Of a stretch of 64,000 nt of DNA, positions 43,057 through 51,217 are shown in pieces. The stretch comes from an uncultured Gemmatimonadales bacterium (GTDB lineage: Bacteria; Gemmatimonadota; Gemmatimonadetes; Gemmatimonadales; GWC2-71-9). The notes beneath the pieces were generated by a model that was not told where the DNA came from, made no database searches, and saw nothing but the letters and a program-made list of their open reading frames with translations. Each line of letters opens with the position of its first letter. The stretch's first letter is position 1. The position numbers and the translations under genes are program-made. Where the stretch lies: the NCBI GenBank assembly GCA_963730185.1, contig CAVSQW010000015.1, forward strand, positions 608,001 through 672,000, written 5' to 3'.

Positions 43057-43302
43057 GGGTTGCCCAACCGGTCTCGCAGGTCATCTCGAAGATGTCGTTG
43101 AAGGCCACCTCGAAGTCCGGCGGGCCGGGGGGCGCCGGGGGCGGGGTGGTGCCGGTCGAGGGGGTGCCGCAGGCGGCCAGCCGGAGGAGCGGTGGCCAGG
43201 GTCGACGGGAAACGAGCCCGGGGCGTCCGGTCCCAATGGCACGAGCTCGGGGCTCGGTTGGTCTCAGGTCGGTTGCAGCCCTCCGGGCGGGCCCGGCCGC
43301 CC

Positions 43303-43332
43303 TTGACCTAACCCCTTGCTGTCAGGTATCTT
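43303..43332 (+). promoter_or_regulatory. Sigma70-like promoter of the rplM operon
   Basis: TTGACC-18 nt-TATCTT. Confidence 0.65.
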
Positions 43333-43374
43333 GGCAAGCTCTGTACGAACCTGACTGGAACTGACGGTGCACCG

Positions 43375-43818
43375 ATGAAGACCTTTTCCGCCAAGCCCGC
43401 CGACGTCACCCATGACTGGCATGTCGTGGATGCGTCGGACGTTCCGCTCGGCCGGCTCGCGTCGGCGGTGGCGCAGCTGATTCGGGGCAAGCACAAGCCC
43501 ACCTTCACCCCGCACGTCGATGGCGGCGATTTCGTGGTGGTGGTCAATGCGGCCCGGGTCAAGCTCACCGGCAACAAGCCCGAGCAGAAGCGCTACTTCC
43601 GCCACACCGGCTACATGGGTCACGAGCGGTTCACGGCGGTGAAGGACATGCTGAGCAAACATCCCGACCGGGTGATCGAGAAGGCCGTGTTCGGGATGCT
43701 GCCCAAGAACTCGCTTTCCCGGCAGCGGCTGCGCGGGAAGCTCAAGGTGTATGCGGGTGAGGCGCATCCGCACGCCGCGCAGCAGCCGAAGCCCTTCGCC
43801 ATCAAGGTGAGCGCATGA
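43375..43818 (+). CDS. rplM: 50S ribosomal protein L13
   Basis: WHVVDA...LGRLAS...[28 protein letters not shown]. Confidence 0.98.
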   Translation: MKTFSAKPADVTHDWHVVDASDVPLGRLASAVAQLIRGKHKPTFTPHVDGGDFVVVVNAARVKLTGNKPEQKRYFRHTGYMGHERFTAVKDMLSKHPDRVIEKAVFGMLPKNSLSRQRLRGKLKVYAGEAHPHAAQQPKPFAIKVSA

Positions 43819-44219
43819 CCGCGACGACTCCGGAGTTCCGCTGGCACGGCGTCGGCCGCCGCAAGACGGGTGTGGCCCGTGTCTACCTCACGCCGGGCAC
43901 CGGCAAGTGGGAGATCAACGGCCGGACCCTCGGCGACTACTTCCCGCGGCCGTCGCTGGTGCAGCACATTCAGCAGCCCTTCGCGGCCACCGACACGCTG
44001 GGCGCCTTCGACGTCCGGGCGCACGTCGACGGCGGCGGCCAGACCGGTCAGGCGGGCGCCCTCCGGCTCGGCATCGCGCGGGCTCTGGTGCTCGCCGACC
44101 CGATGCACCGGACCAAGCTGCGGACCGGAGGCTTCCTGACCCGCGACGCGCGGGCGGTGGAGCGGAAGAAGCCGGGCCGTCCGGGCGCCCGGAAGCGGTT
44201 CCAGTTCTCGAAGCGGTAG
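43815..44219 (+). CDS. rpsI: 30S ribosomal protein S9
   Basis: [33 protein letters not shown]...QFSKR. Confidence 0.98.
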   Translation: MTATTPEFRWHGVGRRKTGVARVYLTPGTGKWEINGRTLGDYFPRPSLVQHIQQPFAATDTLGAFDVRAHVDGGGQTGQAGALRLGIARALVLADPMHRTKLRTGGFLTRDARAVERKKPGRPGARKRFQFSKR

Positions 44220-44251
44220 CGTACCGGCGCGCCGGGGATGGCGCGCCGATC

Positions 44252-44362
44252 TCTCACATCGCTGGATTTTCGAACGGGGTGTCCGTCGCCCCGGGTCCCT
44301 TGGGGCCTCGCGGCGGATCGGTTCGGAGAGACGAAGGCGGTGGCGGATTCAACCCGAACCGG
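44252..44362 (+). promoter_or_regulatory. Probable rpsB (S2) leader RNA
   Basis: Structured 5' region with TCACATCG...GGGGTG...GTGGCGGATTCAACCCG, resembling conserved S2-leader elements. Confidence 0.5.
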
Positions 44363-44382
44363 AAGGACCGAACGGACCACGC

Positions 44383-45297
44383 ATGGCTCAACCAGAGTTG
44401 CAGGAACTCCTCGAAGCAGGCGTACACTTCGGGCACCAGACCCGGCGGTGGAACCCCAAGATGCGGCGGTTCATCTTCGCCGAGCGCTCGGGGATTTACA
44501 TCATCGATCTGAAGAAGACGCGAGAGCAGCTCGGCAAGGCGCAGGAGCTGCTCAAGAACGTCGTGGCCAAGGGCGACAACGTCCTGTTCGTCTGTACCAA
44601 GCGGCAGCTCAAGGCTCTGGTGCAGGCCGAGGCGGAGAAGGCGGGCGCCCTGTACGTCACCGAGCGGTGGCTGGGCGGCACCCTGACCAACTTCCAGACC
44701 ATCAAGCGGCAGATCCGCCGCCTCCGGGAGCTGGAGCAGGGAAGCTCGGACGGCGACTTCGCGAACTACACCAAGAAGGAAAAGCTGCTCTTCGAGCGGG
44801 AGCGCCAGAAGCTGTCGCGCTACCTCGAGGGCGTGAAGAACATGGGCCGCCTTCCCGGGGCGCTGTTCGTGGTCGACGCGAAGAAGGAACGGATCGCGAT
44901 TCTCGAGGCCAACAAGCTCGGGATTCCGGTCGTCGCCATCGTCGACACCAACGCCGACCCCGACGTGATCACGGTGCCGATCCCCGGGAACGACGACGCG
45001 ATCCGCTCGGTTTCCCTGATCACGGCCGCCCTGGGCGACGTGATCCTGGAGACCCGGATGGCGGCGCCGAATCGCGAGGGCGAGGACGGCGAGGCCGAGA
45101 CCTACAGCACCGATTCGGGTAGCGAGGGCGATCCGGATGCGGATCGCCGGCGTCGTCGCCCCGCACGGAAGCGGCGCCCGAAGCCTGAAGTGATCGCCGC
45201 GCGGCTCAAGAGCGAGGGCGAAGGCGACGCCGCCGCAGTTGACGCCGCAGCCGTTACCGAGAACAGTGAGGTGAGCGGCACCGACGGCGGCGCGTAG
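44383..45297 (+). CDS. rpsB: 30S ribosomal protein S2
   Basis: LLEAGVHFGHQTRRWNPKM, RWLGGTLTN, IPGNDDAIRS. Confidence 0.98.
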   Translation: MAQPELQELLEAGVHFGHQTRRWNPKMRRFIFAERSGIYIIDLKKTREQLGKAQELLKNVVAKGDNVLFVCTKRQLKALVQAEAEKAGALYVTERWLGGTLTNFQTIKRQIRRLRELEQGSSDGDFANYTKKEKLLFERERQKLSRYLEGVKNMGRLPGALFVVDAKKERIAILEANKLGIPVVAIVDTNADPDVITVPIPGNDDAIRSVSLITAALGDVILETRMAAPNREGEDGEAETYSTDSGSEGDPDADRRRRRPARKRRPKPEVIAARLKSEGEGDAAAVDAAAVTENSEVSGTDGGA

Positions 45298-45432
45298 GCC
45301 CGACTGCCCGGACCAGCGTCCGGACATCGTGAACCGAGCCGCCGCGCACGGGCCCTGTCGGCCAGGCGCGGCGGTTCCACAAAGAGCGGGTCCGTTCCCC
45401 AGGGGAGCGACCCGGACCAGAAGCCAGGACTT

Positions 45433-46299
45433 ATGACGACCAAGATCTCGACCAAGGACATTAGCGAGCTCCGGGCCAGGACCGGAGCCGGCATCGGAGA
45501 CTGCAAGGCCGCACTCGAAGAGGCGCAGGGCGATCTCGAGAAGGCCGCCGACATCCTCCGCAAGAAGGGCATCGCCAAGGCCGAGAAGCGGGCGGGTCGG
45601 AGCGCGTCGCAGGGGTTGGTGGTGATCGAGCGGAGCGCCGACGGCACCGACGGCGCCATGGTCGAGCTCAACTGCGAGACCGATTTCGTGGCCCGGACCG
45701 ACGACTTCATCGCGCTGGCCCGCGATCTGGCCAAGCAGGTGCTGGCTCACGGACCGGTCGGCGTCAACGCCGCCGGCGTGGCCGAGCAGCCGTTCCGCGA
45801 CAAGACGGTGGGCGAGATCGTGAAGCTGACGTCGGGCAAGACCGGCGAGGCCATGAGCCTCAATCGGTACGCCCGGTTCACCGCCAAGGGCGGCGCGGTG
45901 GAATCCTACCTTCACCACAACGGCCAGGTCGGCGTGCTGGTGGAGCTCGAGGGCCCCAAGGCCGCCGGGCTGAGCGAGCTGGGCCGCGAGGTGGCGCTCC
46001 ACATCGCGTCGGCCGACCCGGTCGGCGTGAATGAGAGCGACATCCCGGCCGAGATGATCGAGCGGGAGCGGCGGATCGCCGAGGAACAGGTCGCGGCCGA
46101 AGGCAAACCCGAAAACATCCGGGGCAAGATCGTCGAGGGCAAGCTCAAGAAGTTCGTGGCGGAGCGGTCGCTGGTGGCGCAGCCCTTCGTCAAGGACGAG
46201 TCCAAGACGATCGGCGACCTGGTCGCCGCGGCCGCCAAGGCGCTCGGCGCGCCGGTCACGCTGGTGCGGTTCGCCCGATTCAAGGTCGGGGAAGGCTGA
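45433..46299 (+). CDS. tsf: Elongation factor Ts
   Basis: [25 protein letters not shown]. Confidence 0.97.
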   Translation: MTTKISTKDISELRARTGAGIGDCKAALEEAQGDLEKAADILRKKGIAKAEKRAGRSASQGLVVIERSADGTDGAMVELNCETDFVARTDDFIALARDLAKQVLAHGPVGVNAAGVAEQPFRDKTVGEIVKLTSGKTGEAMSLNRYARFTAKGGAVESYLHHNGQVGVLVELEGPKAAGLSELGREVALHIASADPVGVNESDIPAEMIERERRIAEEQVAAEGKPENIRGKIVEGKLKKFVAERSLVAQPFVKDESKTIGDLVAAAAKALGAPVTLVRFARFKVGEG

Positions 46300-47009
46300 T
46301 GCCCCTGGCCTATCGCCGGGCCTTGCTCAAGATTTCGGGCGAGGCCTTGGCGGGCGAACGCGGGTTCGGGCTCGACTACGGGCTGGTGGAAGGCCTGGCG
46401 GGCCAGATCAAGGGCGTTCACGCCCAAGGGATCGATCTGGGCCTGGTGGTCGGCGGCGGCAACATCGTGCGGGGCACCCACGCGAGCCGGGAAGGGCTCG
46501 ACCGGGTGAATGCCGACTACATGGGCATGCTGGCGACCGTCATCAACGCGCTGGCGCTCCAGGACATTCTGGAGAAGATGGGGGTCCAGACCCGGGTAAT
46601 GACCGCCATCCGGATGGAATCCCTGGCCGAGCCGTACATTCGACGGCGGGCCGTGCGACATTTGGAGAAGGGGCGGCTGGTGATCTTCGCCGCCGGCACC
46701 GGCAACCCCTTCTTCTCCACCGACACCGCGGCGGTGCTCCGGGCCCTGGAGATGGAGGCGGAGGTGCTGCTCAAGGCGACCAGCGTCGACGGCGTCTACA
46801 CCGGCGATCCGAAGAAGGACCCGACGGCCACCTTCATTCCCGAGCTCAGCTTCCAGGACGCCATCGTCAACGGATACGCCGTGATGGATGCCAACGCCTT
46901 CGGGCTGTGCAAGGACAACCGACTTCCGATCGTGGTGTTCAACATTAACCAGCCCGGCTCCATCGCCCGGGTGCTGTCGGGCGAGCGGGTGGGGACGATC
47001 GTGCGATGA
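46299..47009 (+). CDS. pyrH: UMP kinase
   Basis: [30 protein letters not shown]. Confidence 0.97.
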   Translation: MPLAYRRALLKISGEALAGERGFGLDYGLVEGLAGQIKGVHAQGIDLGLVVGGGNIVRGTHASREGLDRVNADYMGMLATVINALALQDILEKMGVQTRVMTAIRMESLAEPYIRRRAVRHLEKGRLVIFAAGTGNPFFSTDTAAVLRALEMEAEVLLKATSVDGVYTGDPKKDPTATFIPELSFQDAIVNGYAVMDANAFGLCKDNRLPIVVFNINQPGSIARVLSGERVGTIVR

Positions 47010-47557
47010 CCATTCCAGACATTCTCAAGCAGGCCCGCGAGGGCATGGACAAGGCGATCGAGAACACCAAGCGGGAGTTCTCGTCGATCCGGAGCGGCAA
47101 GGCCAGCGTGCACCTGCTCGATACGGTGCGGGTCGAGGCCTACGGCACCCAGGTGCCGCTCAATCAGGTGGGCATGGTGTCGGCGCCGGAGCCGAGGATG
47201 ATCACGGTCCAGGCCTTCGACAAGGGGCTCACTCAGGCCATCGAGAAGGCCATTCGCGACGCCGGCCTCGGCCTCAACCCGGCCAGCCAGGCCACCCTGA
47301 TCCGGGTCCCGATTCCGGCGCTCTCCGAGGAGCGCCGGAGGGAGCTGGTGAAGGTGATCCACAAGCTCGCCGAGGAAGGCCGGATCGCCGTCCGCCACGC
47401 CCGGACCGACGCGTTGCACAAGCTGAAGAAGCTCGAGCATGTCTCCGAGGACGAGACGACCCGGGCCGAGAAGGACGTCCAGAAGCTGACCGACGACCAC
47501 GTGAAGCTGACCGATGAGCTGACCCAGTCCAAAGAAGCGGAGATCATGGAGGTGTGA
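47006..47557 (+). CDS. frr: Ribosome recycling factor
   Basis: [28 protein letters not shown]. Confidence 0.97.
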   Translation: MTIPDILKQAREGMDKAIENTKREFSSIRSGKASVHLLDTVRVEAYGTQVPLNQVGMVSAPEPRMITVQAFDKGLTQAIEKAIRDAGLGLNPASQATLIRVPIPALSEERRRELVKVIHKLAEEGRIAVRHARTDALHKLKKLEHVSEDETTRAEKDVQKLTDDHVKLTDELTQSKEAEIMEV

Positions 47558-48309
47558 CCGTCTCCGCCGACGACCTGCTCGCCCGGGTACGGATCCAGGG
47601 CGCGGTGCCCCGCCACGTGGCCGTCATCATGGATGGCAACGGGCGGTGGGCCAAGCGTCGCAACCTGCCACGCCCGGCGGGCCACCAGGCCGGCATGGCG
47701 TCGGTCCGGCGGATCGTCGAGTCCGGGATCCAGTCCGGGGTCGAGACCCTCACCCTCTTCGCCTTCAGTCAGGAGAACTGGCAGCGGCCCCCCGAGGAGG
47801 TCGAAGCCCTGATGGCGCTGCTTCAGCAGTACGTCGCGACCCAGACCGAGGAGCTCCTGGGCCAGGGCGTCCGGGTCCGGATGCTCGGCGATCTCACCCG
47901 GCTCACGCCGCCGGCCAAGAAGGCCGTGGATTTCGTCGAGGCGACGACCGCCGGCGGGACCCGGCTCGGTCTCAACATCTGCGTCTCCTACAGCTCGCGC
48001 GCCGAGCTGGTGATGGTGGCCCGCCTCCTGGCCGACGAGGTCAAGGCGGGCCGGTTGGAGCCCGACGCGATCGACGAGGCCGCGATCGCCGAGCGGCTCT
48101 ACACCGCGCCCTGGGGCGATCCCGATCTCCTGATCCGGACCTCCGGCGAGCTTCGGATCTCGAATTTTCTCCTCTGGCAGCTGGCCTACGCCGAGCTCTA
48201 CGTGACGCCCGTGCTCTGGCCGGACTTCGACCGCGAGCACTTCTTCCAGGCCATCCTCGACTATCAGCGGCGCGAGCGCCGCTTCGGTCGAGTCTCCACC
48301 GACTCGTAA
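47554..48309 (+). CDS. uppS: Undecaprenyl diphosphate synthase
   Basis: HVAVIMDGNGRWA, AFSQENWQRP, DLLIRTSGELRISNFLLWQ. Confidence 0.97.
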   Translation: MTVSADDLLARVRIQGAVPRHVAVIMDGNGRWAKRRNLPRPAGHQAGMASVRRIVESGIQSGVETLTLFAFSQENWQRPPEEVEALMALLQQYVATQTEELLGQGVRVRMLGDLTRLTPPAKKAVDFVEATTAGGTRLGLNICVSYSSRAELVMVARLLADEVKAGRLEPDAIDEAAIAERLYTAPWGDPDLLIRTSGELRISNFLLWQLAYAELYVTPVLWPDFDREHFFQAILDYQRRERRFGRVSTDS

Positions 48310-48333
48310 CCCGCGGCTGGGCGGGAGCGATCC

Positions 48334-49221
48334 ATGTCGAATCAGGTTCAGCGGCTGCTCGTCGCGGCGATCGCGATCCCCGTCGCGATCGGGATCGTGT
48401 ACTGGGGCGGGGCTCTCTTGGCCCTGCTGGTCATCCTCCTGGCCGCCCTGGGCGCGTCCGAGCTGGTGGGCATCGCCCGGCGGCAGGGGACCGGGCCGAT
48501 CGGCTGGCTGGCGGTGCTGGTCAGCGCGCTCTTTCCGGCCGGGGTCTGGCTGCTCTACGGCCAGGGCGTGCCAGGGGCCGGCTTCGGGGTGCTGACCTGG
48601 TCGGTCGCGGCGCCGTCGAGCTGGTTCGTGCTTGCGCTTCTGGTGCTGCTGGCGTTGAGCGTCACCCTGGCGGCCCGGGCGCCGACCGACCGGCCCCTGG
48701 CCGCCGCGGCCACCACGGTCCTGATCCCGCTCTACTGCGGCGCCTTGCCCAGCTTCGTGCTCGGGATCCGCTACGGGATCGGGCCACCGCGGCATTGGCC
48801 CGCCACCTGGGCGGTGTTCTTCCCGCTGGCGGTGATCTGGGTCTGCGACTCGGCCGCGATGTACGGCGGCCGGATGATCGGCGGGCCCAAGCTGGCGCCG
48901 GTGGTAAGCCCCGGGAAGACCCGGGCGGGCGCGGTGAGCGGCGTGATCGGCGGGGTCGTCGCCGCGGTGCTCTACGACCGCCTGGCGCTCGCGCCGTCGG
49001 GGTTCGACGTGCCGCTTTGGCAGGTGGTGACCATGGGCTTGGTGCTCTCGGTGGTCGGGCAGATCGGTGATCTCGCGGAGTCGCTGTTCAAGCGAGAGGC
49101 GGGGGTCAAGGACTCGAGTCACCTGATTCCCGGCCACGGCGGCGTCCTGGACCGGCTCGACTCGCTCTACTTCGTTCTTCCGGTCGGCGCCATGCTGTAC
49201 CGTCTCTTCGGAGTGCTCTAG
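48334..49221 (+). CDS. cdsA: Phosphatidate cytidylyltransferase
   Basis: SPGKT, GDLAESLFKREAGVKDS..IPGHGGVLDRLDS. Confidence 0.96.
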   Translation: MSNQVQRLLVAAIAIPVAIGIVYWGGALLALLVILLAALGASELVGIARRQGTGPIGWLAVLVSALFPAGVWLLYGQGVPGAGFGVLTWSVAAPSSWFVLALLVLLALSVTLAARAPTDRPLAAAATTVLIPLYCGALPSFVLGIRYGIGPPRHWPATWAVFFPLAVIWVCDSAAMYGGRMIGGPKLAPVVSPGKTRAGAVSGVIGGVVAAVLYDRLALAPSGFDVPLWQVVTMGLVLSVVGQIGDLAESLFKREAGVKDSSHLIPGHGGVLDRLDSLYFVLPVGAMLYRLFGVL

Positions 49222-49230
49222 CCTCCGCCC

Positions 49231-50349
49231 ATGTCTGGCGTCGCCCTCCTCGGCTCCACCGGCTCGATCGGGTGCTCCACCCTCGAGGTGCTCCGGCGCC
49301 ATCCCGACCGGTTCGAGCTGGTGGCTCTCACGGCGGGCGCCAACGTGGAGCTGCTCGAGCGGCAGGTGGCCGAGTGGAGGCCCCGGTTCGCCGGCCTGGC
49401 CCGGGGCAACGGCCAGGCCGGGTTCCCCTGCGGTCGGGAGTGTCTGCTCGAGGCCGCGGTCCATCCCGACGCCGACATCGTGGTCAACGCGGTGGTGGGG
49501 TTCGCCGGGCTGGAGGCGACCTTGGCCGCGCTCCGGGCGGGGAAGCGGGTGGCGCTGGCCAACAAGGAATCGCTGGTGGTGGCGGGACACCTGGTCGCCG
49601 AGGCCCGGCGGGCGGGTGGTGGCGAGCTGGTTCCAATCGACTCCGAGCACAGCGCCGTGCTCCAGTGTCTGGTCGGGAAGAGCGCCCCGCCCTCGCGGCT
49701 GATCCTGACCGCCTCGGGGGGGCCGTTTCGAACCTGGGAGCCGGACCGGGTGGCGGGCGCCACGGTCGTGGAGGCCCTGAACCATCCCACCTGGCAGATG
49801 GGCAGCAAGATCACCGTCGACAGCGCCACCCTGGCCAACAAGGCCATGGAGGTGATCGAGGGGCACTTTCTCTTCGAGCTGCCCTACGAGGCCATCGACG
49901 TCGTGGTGCATCCGCAGAGCATCGTCCACGCCTTCGTCGAGTTTCCCGACGGGAGCGTGCTGGCCCAGCTCGGGTTCCCCACCATGGAGCTCCCGATCCT
50001 CTACGCCCTGACCCATCCCGAGCGACTCCCCGACCAAGGCGTCCGCCGGTTCGACCCGGTCGAGGCCGGGCCCCTGACGTTCGAGCCGGTCCGGCGCGAC
50101 GTGTTTCGGGCCTACGCCGCGGGGATCGCCGCGGGGAAGGCGGGAGGCACGGCCCCCTGCGTGTTCAACGGGGCCAACGAAGAGGCCGTCGCCGCGTTCC
50201 TGGCCGGGAAGGTGGCGTTCGGGCGGATCGCCGAGGTGGTCGAAGCAGTGCTGGAGCGCCATCGCCCGGCGCCGGTCGACACCCTCGAGGCCGTTCTGGC
50301 CGCCGACGCCCGGGCCCGGGCCGAGGCCAGGCGCTTCCTCGAGGCCTGA
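49231..50349 (+). CDS. dxr: 1-deoxy-D-xylulose 5-phosphate reductoisomerase
   Basis: LGSTGSIG, LANKESLV, PIDSEHSA, LTASGGPF, HPTWQMGSKITVDSAT. Confidence 0.97.
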   Translation: MSGVALLGSTGSIGCSTLEVLRRHPDRFELVALTAGANVELLERQVAEWRPRFAGLARGNGQAGFPCGRECLLEAAVHPDADIVVNAVVGFAGLEATLAALRAGKRVALANKESLVVAGHLVAEARRAGGGELVPIDSEHSAVLQCLVGKSAPPSRLILTASGGPFRTWEPDRVAGATVVEALNHPTWQMGSKITVDSATLANKAMEVIEGHFLFELPYEAIDVVVHPQSIVHAFVEFPDGSVLAQLGFPTMELPILYALTHPERLPDQGVRRFDPVEAGPLTFEPVRRDVFRAYAAGIAAGKAGGTAPCVFNGANEEAVAAFLAGKVAFGRIAEVVEAVLERHRPAPVDTLEAVLAADARARAEARRFLEA

Positions 50350-50450
50350 GTCGGGACGTGAGGGCCGGACCGCCGATTGGTCGCGAGTGAGGGAATCACC
50401 GCCTCGTCGTCGCTTCCCTGGTAGACCCCTCTCAACCAGGAGCGTCCCGG

Positions 50451-51023
50451 ATGCGCCGTCTCACCCCGCTGTTGCTCACCTGCCTGTTCGCTCTTCCCCT
50501 CGCCGCCCAGGACAGCCCCCGGCACGGGTTCTTCCTGTCGATCGGGGCCGGCGCGGGGTCGGCCGGGCTCACCTGTTCGGACTGCGGCGGCGTGGATCTC
50601 AGCAAGCGGCTCGACGGGGTCGCCGGCTACGCCCGATTCGGCGGCACCGTCTCGCCCAATCTCCAGGTCGGGGTCGAGGGGACGGGCTGGATCAAGAACA
50701 GCGATGGCCTGCAGCGCCGAATCGCCACCGCCGGTGTGGTGTTCGTGGCCTATCCGAGCCGGACGGCCGGGTTCTTCCTCAAGGGCGCGGTGGGTGGCGT
50801 GCGGGCGGTCATCGAGAACGACATCGCCACCCTGGTGGGTGAAGGCTTGATGTGGAGCGGCGGCCTGGGCTACGACATCCCCCTCGGCACCGGCGCGGCC
50901 CTGACGCCCTACGTGAGCTACTTCGGATCCTCGAACACCGGGGCGGACCTCAACGGCGTGTCGCTCGGGGTCAATCTCAACCCCAACGTGCTCCAGTTCG
51001 GGATCGGCATCACGATTCCGTGA
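50451..51023 (+). CDS. Small outer-membrane beta-barrel protein
   Basis: AGGAG RBS; signal peptide MRRLTPLLLTCLFALPLAAQ; Gly/aromatic strands; loop CSDC; C-terminal LQFGIGITIP. Confidence 0.78.
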   Translation: MRRLTPLLLTCLFALPLAAQDSPRHGFFLSIGAGAGSAGLTCSDCGGVDLSKRLDGVAGYARFGGTVSPNLQVGVEGTGWIKNSDGLQRRIATAGVVFVAYPSRTAGFFLKGAVGGVRAVIENDIATLVGEGLMWSGGLGYDIPLGTGAALTPYVSYFGSSNTGADLNGVSLGVNLNPNVLQFGIGITIP

Positions 51024-51037
51024 CTGGAGAGCGCCCG

Positions 51038-51214
51038 ATGCATCCGGAGCGATGGCGCCGGCTGGCGGAGCTCTTCGAGGCCGCGAGCCGGCTCGCGCCC
51101 GCGGATCGGCCGGCGTTCCTCGAGCGGTCCTGCGGGGAGGACGCGGATCTGCGCCGGGAGGTGGAGTCCCTGCTGGCGGCCGCCCACCCCTTCCTGCGCG
51201 ACGGGCGGGGCTGA
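51038..51214 (+). CDS. 58-aa protein equivalent to the N-terminal domain of ECF-associated Ser/Thr kinases
   Basis: GGAG RBS; MHPERWRRLAELFEAASRLAPADRPAFLERSCGEDADLRREVESLLAA aligns with the neighbouring kinase N-terminus. Confidence 0.75.
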   Translation: MHPERWRRLAELFEAASRLAPADRPAFLERSCGEDADLRREVESLLAAAHPFLRDGRG

Positions 51215-51217
51215 CGC

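Noticed and set aside
45060..45297. Long charged C-terminal extension on RpsB (and acidic tails on RpsA)
   Set aside because: Low-complexity tails are common on S2 and S1 in many phyla; no distinct domain is visible
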